Assembly: GCA_030704615.1 (NCBI GenBank)
Contig: CM060733.1
Location: forward strand, 19,468,001-19,532,000
Direction of reading: 5' to 3'
DNA: 64,000 bases
DNA from: Takakia lepidozioides
Taxonomy: Eukaryota > Plantae > Bryophyta
Shown piece by piece: positions 49,101 through 59,421 of this stretch. The notes under the pieces are model-generated. The model did not search any database, was not told the origin of the DNA, and was given only the letters and a program-made list of their open reading frames with translations. A program made the translations under genes and the position numbers. Within the stretch, counting starts at the first letter, position 1, and each line of letters begins with the position of its first letter.

Positions 49101-50519
49101 ACGATGGCCTCGGTGTGTAGTACTAGCTGTGTAGCACGCAGAGAGGGAGAAAGCCTGTCAGTGCAAGTTGATTTGGTTTTTGAGATTGAGACTGACCCTG
49201 CCTTGACAGTAGCGACTGATCTTGCTGTCACTAACCCCTCTCGACGTGCGCTGCTTGGCATTGTTGCCTCGCCAGTGTTACCCCTGCCTGAACCCAACAC
49301 TGATGGTCCTGGTCTTGTCGTGCATTTGAATTCATCTAGCCCTAGATATGATGTTAATGTGAATTAGGCTGAGGCCTAGTCACCGAGAGATGAGAGGTCA
49401 CCCAACTCTCTAGATAGCTGTGATCCAGAGTACTATAATTTTGACAATTTCTATGATCCAGGTCCTGATTACGAGTGTCCGAGAGAACGAGAGAGAGAGT
49501 TTGAGAGGGATGTTGAGCGCTCTCAGGAGTATGATGAGTCTCTAGGAGAGTTGCTTCCGGAGGATGTGCAGTGGTTTGAAAAGTTTGAAGCATCTGTTCC
49601 CGAGGATGCTCGTCGTCTGAACAGTCATCACGAGGCGATTTTTGTGCGACCTGGGTCTAGTTCTGACTTTGGGAGAGAGAGCGCGTTGTGCCAGACCCGA
49701 GCCATCGTGGCTGTCAGGAACTCCCTACGCTTGTGGCCAGAAGTATTCAAGGCTCGTCTTCTTCATCATCGGCAGGTGGCCTGGGAAGCGCTCGGGCTCC
49801 ACTTACCTTTATCCGTCCGCCGTGAGTCGGGCCTGTGGCAGACGACCGAACAGACAGCAGGCTCTTGGCTCTCGTTGTTGCTTGAAGGCTCTGGAGCCTT
49901 GTTGTTACGAGCTCTTCGATTTCACTCCCGGGTGTGTCGTTACAAACCCACGACGGTGGACTTGGTGGATGGTCTCGTGGGAAATAGTTTGCATGTGTAG
50001 TTGTGTGGGAGTGGCTGGCGTTGGCAGTTTATGGTTCCGATTCTCATGACCTGCTCAAGCTTCTTTCTTGCTCTGTCTGGACTCCCGAAGCTTCACGGGT
50101 GCCGAGCCCAAGGCCGCGACTACTCATCCCAGCGACTTAGAGGTTCTTTCTTTTCCACGATTGTCTTTGTTTTTGCATGCCAAACACATCTGCGAGTTCT
50201 TGGTTGCGATCTGGTAGACAAAGGTTCATGTCTGGTTTGCAAGAGCCACTCGGGCCGCCTGGCAGAGGCATGCCTGATGTGAGTGGGGAATTAGACAACC
50301 TCTTGGCAGGTAGTGCCTTGATTGATGAAGTTTCCTTGGACTCTAGTAATTTTGAGGAGGACTTAGGACTGTTGCATGATAATGGTATCGTGAGGATAGA
50401 TAAGGAGGGCTCTGTTGTTTTGCCCATAGAATCGGGGGTGGCAAACCCCGCAATTTTTCCTACTCAGATTAGTGGAGCCATGGAGGTTCAAGGTAGTGAG
50501 CCCATGATGCGATTTTCCT

Positions 50520-51865
50520 GTGTTGAATGTGCATGGTGCTATTCAAGGTGGGGATATCATGATGCAAGGGCCCTCTAGTGTGTCAGCTACTCCGACTCCT
50601 GCCATCACTGGTCAATTAGTGCGGGCTCTCTCTGCTCCACAGGTTGGGGTGCCACCACACCTTGTTTCTAGCCAGTCCATGGGTATGCATGTTAGCAATA
50701 TCCCTCTTAGCGGTATAGGATCAGTGTCAATACGACCGGTGGGAGTGGCATCCACTCTTCCCATGAGTGGAATGCCGCAAACCCACTTGCAGTCGACTTA
50801 CCCTGCTGCTCAGCCAAATGTGGCAACATCTGCTCTCCCCATGGCCACGGTGGCGTCACATCTGCTAGCTTCAACTACTGCAGGATCAGCCAGCAATAAT
50901 AATATGAGTTATAATTCTGCATCTAATATTGGATATGTGCATGGTAATGCTGCTCCCATGGTTCCCTGTTGCCCTGCTCATGGGTCTGTCCTTTCTGGTC
51001 ACATCAACCATAGCCTGCCTTGTCATTTGATCCCTCAGCTGACTACTCAACCTTACCCAGAATATACCATGGGAGAAGACTTTGATAGATACCTTCAGAT
51101 GTTTGGGGTCATTGCTAGTGTCAATGGAGTGCCTGAGAATTTCAAGATGACGATCTTTAGGATGAGCATGAAGGGACCAGCTCGTGACTTACTGCATGCA
51201 GCTGTCATGGATGATCCCAGCCTCAACTGGGCAACTCTGGTGGAATGGGCAAAGACCTTGTTCAAACCTCCTGAGAGGCCTCTGGATTGCTTTACCAAGC
51301 TTTCTGCTAGGACTTACCAACCTGGGGAATCCTTGTGGAAGTATTACATGGATCTTAAATTTGATGCTGTTGAAAATATCATAGACCCGGCAGAGAGGGA
51401 TCGTATGTAAGACTATGTTAGCAGAAATTAATCTTAAAATGGCAGACTTGGCTGACAGCAAATCAACGCAACATCATGCCAAGTTTCAAGCTCCAATGGG
51501 CTCAGAGCTTGGCATGTCTGCAACATCCTCACCCTATGTTCCTCCTACTATGACATACAAAGCTGATGATTTTACTCTTCAATGATTGGCTAATACTATG
51601 GGAAGTCTTAGTGAGTTTGTGGCCACTCAGTTTGCTGCCATGCAGGCTCATCAATAGAGGTGGCAGCCTCAACATGGCCAAGGATCAACATGTGGTAACA
51701 ATAGGTCGAACCCAGACTGGACAAGCCTATGAGGGTAATCGTGATGCCTGTTACATTTGTGGGTCATTTGAACACTGGACGAAGCATTGTCCAGACAGAG
51801 CATGGCTACCAGAGCCGATCAAGAACAAGAAGACAACTAGTGGCTCTTCCCCTCCTTTAAACTAG
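50520..51865 (+). pseudogene. gag: gag of element A (capsid region plus zinc knuckle), interrupted by stops and frameshifts
   Basis: EDFDRYLQMF..MKGPARD capsid-like region and the CCHC knuckle; ends PPLN*. Confidence 0.75.
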
Positions 51866-51895
51866 GGAGACCTCTTGGGAAGGGGGCAAGAGGTC
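51856..51895 (+). other. -1 programmed ribosomal frameshift signal at the gag/pol junction
   Basis: Slippery heptamer T TTA AAC directly before the gag TAG, a 6-nt spacer, then a 9-bp stem (GACCTCTTG/CAAGAGGTC). The -1 frame is open into the protease ORF at 51961. Confidence 0.8.
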
Positions 51896-54800
51896 CATCA
51901 TCTACCAACCCTACTTCTTCTGTTCCGACTCAAGCTATTTTATCTACTAACTTTAAAGCTTTGCATTGTCCTCTCAGTAGACAGACTGCTAGCCAGCAAA
52001 TCAGTCCCCTCATGGCCCAGTGCCATATCCACGAGCTCAGCTTTCCCTATGTGGTTGATACTGGATGCACTATATCTGCTATACCTTTAAGTGTTGTAAG
52101 AGTTCTTGGTCTTAAACTATGCCCTGCCACAGGAATTGAGGTACTAATTGCAGATGGATCCAGGTATGAGCCCTTAGGACTAGTCACTGTTCCCATCAGA
52201 ATTTATAAAAAGGAGGTTGTGGTGACCTGCATAGTTACCATTGGAGATCAATTCCTTCTAGGCCTTGACTGGATGTTTGGAGCTGGTGCCACCATCAGCT
52301 TAGCAGACTACTCCCTTCGCTTTAATAATGGAGAAGTGGAGGAAGTAGTGGTTCCCATGAAAGCGGTGAAGATCAAAGCTGGGTCTGCTACAACCGATCT
52401 GTCCAGAGTCCAGGCCCTAGAAAAGGAGGTACAGCAGAACTCTCACTCCAACCTCAATTGGAATGATTTCTACAAGTTTCAGCCTGATCTTCAACTCTTA
52501 TTATATCAGTGGCATGTTCCTGGTGCTAGGGATAGGACAGGGGTGCCCATAGTTATTCCAAAGAATTCTACTCTAATTCGTGCACCTCTCAACATCACCA
52601 TCACTGCCTTGACCCAGAAGGTGGTCAAGTCTGGTCCGGCCTTCGTTTGTCCAGCTGCTCATTTCCTAGAAGTTGAAGGATGGAGAAGACTGACTGCCCT
52701 TAAGCATTTCCTGGTGGCCATTGGTATTCTAGATAGAGGATATAGGCAAGAAGTCAAGATTATGATTGCTAATCCCGAGCGCTTCCCAGTGACTATTAAG
52801 AAGGGACAGGTTTCGGCTCGCAGCACTGCTCTACCCATTGCTGAAATACAAGAAGTACAAGCTGGCTTTGGACTTGAGGCCATTGGCATCCAACATGGCC
52901 CCTTGGATGCTGTTGCTGCTTTTGCTGCAATGGCACCACCACCTGTCCCTGATCTCAGCCCAAAAGGTAAGATAGCCCTCACCAAAGTATTATCTGAAAT
53001 TAAGATGGGCACCACTCTCTCCTCAGGTCAAAGGAGGAGAGTGGAGATGGTTATTGCAAAGAATCTAGACGTTTTCAGTTTGGGATCCATTGATTTAGGG
53101 CGCACTCCCATCCTTCAACATGACATTGTCACGGAAGGACCTCCTATTAAACAATTTGCATATCGAGAGAGTGTCAAGGAACGTGCTATAGTCCAAGAAG
53201 AAGTCCAGAAAATGCTTGATGCTGGTGTGATTAAGCCTTCAGTTTTCTTTGGGCCAGTCCAATTGTCCTGGTTGGTAAGAAAGATGGCACCACCCGCTTC
53301 TGTGTTGACTTCAGGAAACTGAATGACATCACCAAAAAGGATGCATACCCACTACCCAAGATTAATGCGACCTTGGATCAATTGCATGGTGCTACAATTT
53401 TCTCCTCTCTTGATCTTGCATCTGGTTTTTGGGCAAGTTCCTCTTACTGAAGCAGCCAACGAAAAGACTCCTTTGTGTGTCGCATGGGCAAATACTAATA
53501 TGAGACCATGCATTTTGGTTTGTGCAATGTCACCTCTACATTCCAACGCCTCATGGACATTGTCTTGGGCAATCTTCGCTGGGAGTGTGCTTTAATCTAT
53601 GTCGATGATATCAACGTATATTTAGCCAGTTTTGATGCTCACTTAACTAATCTGCAGCGTGTTTTCAGCAAATTGCGCGCTGCAGGTCTCAAAGTAAAGC
53701 CCAAGAAGTGTGAGATGTTCATGCCTGAACTGCACTTCCTTGGTCATATTCTGTCCAAAGATGGTTTGCTTCCTGATCCTGCCAAGCTTGAGTCTGTTTG
53801 GGGCTTTCCTATCCCCAGGGATAAACATTGTATCAAATCCTTCCTTGGTCTGGCATTTTATTATAGGCGCTTCATAAATAACTTTGCCAAGCTTGCTCAC
53901 CCTCTGACCAAGGTGTTGTGCAAAGATGCCAGGTTTGAATGGACCTTCTCCCAGTAGGCTGCCTTTGACACCCTTCGCAAGGCTTTGTGTTCAGCTCCCA
54001 TCCTGATGTTTCCCAACTTTGAGTTATCTTTTGTGCTTCAGACTGATGCATCAGATGTTGCCATCTCTGCAATCTTATGTCAAGTTGTAGAAGACAAGGA
54101 GCATGTAATAGCTTATGCATCTCGTCGTCTAGATGAAAAGAATTATTCCATATCTGATAAAGAGGGTCTAGCCCTGGTCTTTGGTGTGAAGCATTTCAGG
54201 CAATATTTACGTGGTAGAGACTGATTATCTTCCACTTAAGGCTCTTGTTAAGCCAAGGGAACTTCATGGCAGACTTGCTAGATGGGCTACGTACCTGCAG
54301 GAATTTGACATGGATATAGTCTACAAGAAGGGCAAAGAAAACACAAATGCTGATGTGCTCACACGGGTTGATCCTCCTGTCAGCAGGCCTATGCTCACCT
54401 TGGATGACCTTGTTGTTGCTGATACAGCCCCTCCTCCTGATCTTGCCCCTCTTCTCAACTTTCTTTGTGCAGAGCAACAACCTTTGGCCCTGGATTTACA
54501 TGGCATATTGGCTACTTGGGGCTGGTCTAGCCTTCTTGATGATCCTGGTTGATTTGTTTGTGTGTTAGTATGTGTGGTGGATTTATCGCTTAGAGAGAAT
54601 TTCGATGGTTTGGTGGAAATTCCTTGTTGTGTTTCAGCTCTTCTCTTTCCTAGGCTCCTGAGTTCGTTGTAATTCAGCTGTTGCACTCCGGTGTGACTAT
54701 TGGCTTGAGCCTCAAGGCCTAATTTGGCTATCCATGAGTAGTAACAAATGGGGTGAAGGTATCCCTGGCTGGAGATCATAGGTGCAGGCACTCCAGACCA

Positions 54801-55934
54801 CCTTCTCTAAACCCATTGTCTACCTCTTATGTGCAGTGCAGTCATGGATGATCAGCTACATGCTGCGCTACTTCAGCGATGCCAATCAGGGCGTTCGCCA
54901 GCTGACCTTTCCAAGTCCTTGTGTAAACAAATTCTCTATCATGTGTCTACTCACCGTTTTATGGGTGATAAGCTTTTCAAGGAGTTCACTCAAGGGGGAG
55001 TGCCATGCTATTTGGAGGTGCCACCACGGAGCCAGCTAAATGTTTTATTGGAGCGTTTCCATTGTTCCTTGTATGCAGGTCACCTTGGTATCAAGAAAAC
55101 TGTGGCTCGCATCCAAGAGGTATACTATTGGCTGGGAATTCACCGAGACATCACCGAGTTCATCTCTAAGTGTGAAGGTTGTTGTGCTAACATTGTTCTC
55201 CCTAGGGCCCGGATCTTGTATGAGTTGTAGCCTTTGCCTGTCACCCATGCTTTTGCTCGTGTTGGCATTGACTTGGTAGGACCCCTCGCACTCACATCAA
55301 AGGGTCGAAGCTACCTTTGTGTTGCTACCGACTACTTGACTAAGTGGGTGGAAGTCCGGCCTTTGCCTTCCAAGTCTAGTGATGTTGTAGCTCAGTTCTT
55401 CTTCAATGAGATCCTTATGCGGCATGGGTGTCTTCGGGAGATATTAACGGATCAGGGCAAGGAGTTTTGTAACCAGCTCCTCACGGTGATTTGCTTCAAC
55501 TTTGGTGTTAAGCATTCCACCACCGCCCCATACCATCCCCAGACCAATGGCCTCACGGAACGCTTCAACCAAACTCTTTGCCGAATGTTGGAGAAGAATG
55601 GCGCACTTACCAGGGAGTGAGATACCTTTCTTCCCCCTATTCTCTTTGTTTATCGTACCGCCGTGCATGCTAGCACCAAGAAGACTCATTTTGAGTTGTT
55701 GTATGGTCGCAAGTGTGTTTCTTCTTTGCATTCTACCCCTCTTATCTCTACTATTGTTGATCCGGTTGATCTTGAGACCTTTGTTGAGGATCTTCATGCT
55801 CGGCATGCGGTGTCTATCCATGATGCTGTTAGAGGACTGTCGGGGACTTAGACACTTATACGGGATCTGTAGGGTACCCTTAATTTTTGCACAGACTGAG
55901 ACCAACAGGAGCCTTAGGGGTGACAGCAGCGCAC
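51856..55934 (+). pseudogene. pol: pol of element A: PR, dUTPase-like, RT, RH, INT
   Basis: ORF pieces 51961-53322, 53508-53957, 53985-54224, 54211-54552, 54829-55230 and 55234-55620, separated by stops and frameshifts. Confidence 0.85.
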
Positions 55935-56729
55935 TGTAGAGGGGGGTTACACAGCCCGTCACAGCCGTCACAGTCGTCACAGCAGACACAGCCGACACAG
56001 CCGACACAGCCGACACAGCCCGGCACAGCCGACACAGCCCGTCACAGTCGACACAGCCCGGCACAGCCAACACAGCCCGTCACAATCGTCACAGCCAACA
56101 CAGCCAACACAGCCCGTCACAGTCGTCACAGCAGACACAGCCGACACAGCCGACACAGCCACACAGCCAGTCACAGCCCGTCACAGTTTCACACAGCCAG
56201 TCACAGCTTGACACAGCTGTCACAATCATAGGGAACAAAGAGTAGGACAGGGAACGACTGTGGGGAACAACACCTGCGAAGGGAACATGTTAGTTCACAG
56301 ACACGGTTAGTGAGGGAAACGGTTAGAACCGCGGATAGGAAGATAAAGGGAGAAACGGGGAATGAAGGGACATCATTCGGAGGAGGACTTCTTGGTGATA
56401 GATGATTGGGAGGAGATCGGGTAGAGATGAGGAACGGAAGTGAAGATAGAGAGATGATGAGTAGATGCTTGATATAGGCAAGGCTGTAATGATATTGTAG
56501 AGCAGATTAGAGACACAATGGCTTTGGCCTGATACCTGATAAATCATAATCGGATACTTTTACGATACAATCACACTGTGTAGAGAGATCTGAGTGAAGC
56601 TGTGAAATGAATGGATGAGCTGATGGAATCCAATAGATTGATAAAGCAAACTGATACTTAATTATCAATGGTAAGATAGCTAACATGAATACCAAAAGGA
56701 AAACAAATAGGAAATACCCCCATGATACA
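55935..56729 (+). repeat. Probable 5' LTR of element B, containing a CACAGCC-based tandem repeat (about 55948-56225)
   Basis: Starts TGTAGAGGGGGGTTA and ends TACCCCCATGATACA (TG..CA with imperfect terminal inverted repeat). The second LTR is not available to confirm the boundaries. Confidence 0.65.
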
Positions 56730-56742
56730 CTAGCTGTAGGTC

Positions 56743-57336
56743 ATGACTGATTGTTCTGCGCGGGCTGAGTACTTAGAGATTTCCAACTCTTCTATCTTGG
56801 AGTTTCCGCCTCGAATAGCGAAGGGATGGGTGAGTAAAAGCCGCGCGACATTTGGCGACCATACTGGGGACCTGGGACATGAACAACCAGATGTGACAGG
56901 CATCTGGTGGGATCATGGTGGTTGGACCATTAAAGAATTTGAAGTGAATCAAATTCCCTGTGGAACGAAGGAAGAAAGATTGTCCAAACAATTCTTTCAA
57001 AGGTTCTTGGAATTGCCAGACGGTTGTAAAGAAAATATTCTTAAACGAGTGCATGATGCTGATCCAGAATGGGGTCTGGAGAAAGGAGTGATAAAGATTT
57101 ATCAGGTAGCCTGTAGAGGAAGAGCACGTTGGTTACCAACATTGGTTTATGTGATAGCATTGCTATCCATTAAACGAGTAGAGTTTGAAGGCTGGGAAGA
57201 AAGAAAGGTGAATGTTTATACTCATATGCATGAAGAGCTTGTACTGGTAAAGAATTGGATTCCAAAGGATATTTTATGGATCAAACTCACACCAAGAACA
57301 GCTTTTCAGACTTGTTTGCCATATGGTATATGGTAA
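56743..57336 (+). CDS. Extra 5' ORF of element B, unknown function (197 aa)
   Basis: ATG-initiated ORF between the LTR and gag, with no recognisable motif. Confidence 0.45.
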   Translation: MTDCSARAEYLEISNSSILEFPPRIAKGWVSKSRATFGDHTGDLGHEQPDVTGIWWDHGGWTIKEFEVNQIPCGTKEERLSKQFFQRFLELPDGCKENILKRVHDADPEWGLEKGVIKIYQVACRGRARWLPTLVYVIALLSIKRVEFEGWEERKVNVYTHMHEELVLVKNWIPKDILWIKLTPRTAFQTCLPYGIW

Positions 57337-57878
57337 CGGAGACTTCAAGTATAGCCAAGGGTGCATTGAAGCTTGAAAGAAACCCAGGCATATACGAGAG
57401 ATATTACAGAAGAGAGTTTTGGTTATTGCCACATTAAAGAAATGAAAGACATGGGACATGAGTGATGAAAGAGAAGCTAGACGACAGAGATATTCAGCAA
57501 AAAGAGAAAGCTATCTGAAAGCTAATTATCCATATCTTTGGGAGAGAGGAATAGACATAGGGGAATCATCTGGACCTCTCACACCATCAAGATCAAAGAG
57601 TGCATCACCTATACCGGAAGAACTAGAGTTGGATGCCACTCCTTCTGTTTCTTTGCAAGAAAGATTAAGGGAATTGGTACAGGAAGAAGATCAATCACGA
57701 GGTGAAAGATCTGAGGTACATCCTTGGATAAAAGACTTGACAGAAATCTTTGATAAGAGTTGGCATGGAACACCAAAGCAGGAACTCCAGTTTCTGAAGC
57801 AGAAGGTGAAGAAGGAGAGAGGATGTGGCAGAGCCAACGGAGAGTTCAGACTCTCCAACACCATTACAGTTGAGTTAC

Positions 57879-59421
57879 ATGAGTGAAGAAGAAACCCAAG
57901 GGCAGAACTTGGAGGATGAAAACAGAGAGAGAAGAAAATTAGAAGAGGAAGAATATGAAGAAGTAGACCCAACAGCTGAGGTTGAGACTACAACCAGGAC
58001 ATCCCAACCCGTTGGACCTGGATCAAGTGGAGCACTTGGATCACAGGCCAACGAAGGGTCGGCTCAGGGGGATCAGGCGGGCTGCCTGGATCTGGCTCTG
58101 GGGGGACAGGGAGTGTGGGAAGTAGTGCAACTGAAGCTGGGAATACTGTGAATATCGTGGGGCCAGAAGCAAGGAGTGCTGAAGGGCCACCACTTGGTGG
58201 AAGATCCACCACAAAAAACAACAGGTCCAGAAGGACCAGCACCAGCAAGGGTGCCAGCACCTGTCAGTGGGCAGAAGGTAGGGCCACAGATGGCGTACAA
58301 CCAACACGGGCAAACCACCCTTTCCAATATATTCAAGAAAAGGGGATCCCGATGTACACATTAGCCAATTTGAGCACATGTGTATAGTGAACAATGAGAA
58401 TGGCGATGATGCCAAGATGAACTGTTTCCTTGTTCACTTATCAAGAAAGCAAGTGAATGGTATGCAAGATTCCCTGATAATCATTTCCTAACCTGGAATG
58501 GCTTGAATACAGCATTTCGAAATAGGTTCAGGACAAGTAAAACTGAGGATGAAGTGTATGGAAGTTTACAACAGCTGAAGCAGAAGAAGCATGAAACTGT
58601 TGAAGAGAGTATATGGAGAAGATGGAATTGATGATGAAAAAGCTGGCTGCAGTACCAGCGCCCGGGTTTACAGAAGACTTGGTTTGTGAGTGGACTAAGA
58701 CCAGAATTGCAAAAGAAAGTGGATATGTTACCCCATAATACAGTGGAGGAGGCATTTGAAACTGCGAACAGAATTGAGCAATTGGGAATGCTCAGGAGAG
58801 AGAAAAAAGAAGATGAGGACTCTGAGGATGAGTCAGATGAAGAAGAAGAGCAAGAACTAAAAAGAAAGAGTAAGAGAAAGGAGAAGTTGAAGAGGGATAA
58901 CTATGAAAAAAAATTGGAAGAAATCTTGAAGAAGTATGCCACAGAAGCCTGCAACACATTGGAGGAAGGGTGTATGGTGTGCAAAGTGCCAGAATGAAGG
59001 CCATACCACCACAGAATGCCACATGAAGGAGAAACACTGTACTATCTGTAAAATGGATAACCATTCTACTGAGAATTGTTACTACAACAGAAGGACAGCT
59101 GCAAGAGAACCTAGGCAAGTAAGGGTGCATCAGGTGCAGCCCCAGCCAAGAAGAAACAATGATCAGGACCACTATGGTAGGTCTGGTGGTAATCCAAGGG
59201 GGAATTACCAGCCCGGGAATCAGGATTATAGAAATAATCCAAGAACAGACCAAGGGCGAGGACCCAATGGTGAAGAGCTATGTTACTATTGTAATCAGCC
59301 AGGACATCGCAAGGCAGCCTGTTCATTCTGGATAAGACACCAGAATGAGATGAGAGCTCCTGTGAATGAGGGCCAGTGGTGGCAGCTCACATGGTTAGGC
59401 CATGTGTTGTACCAGAAGTAA
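57879..59421 (+). pseudogene. gag: gag of element B, frameshifted, with three zinc knuckles
   Basis: CAKCQNEGHTTTEC, CTICKMDNHSTENC and CYYCNQPGHRKAAC, plus the capsid motif SGLRPELQKKV. Confidence 0.8.

Larger units (their letters stand above)
48598..55934 (+). mobile_element. Ty3/Gypsy LTR retrotransposon A, degenerate, cut off by insertion of element B; 5' boundary approximate
   Basis: gag with CCHC knuckle CYICGSFEHWTKHC, protease VDTG, RT (YVDD), RNase H (TDAS) and integrase (H..H..C..C, GIDLVG, TDQG, NGLTERFN), in Gypsy order. Confidence 0.9.

Noticed and set aside
55444-56231. Low-complexity ORFs (AVSAVS, TQPTQP, HSRHSR)
   Set aside because: These are translations of the LTR tandem repeat.
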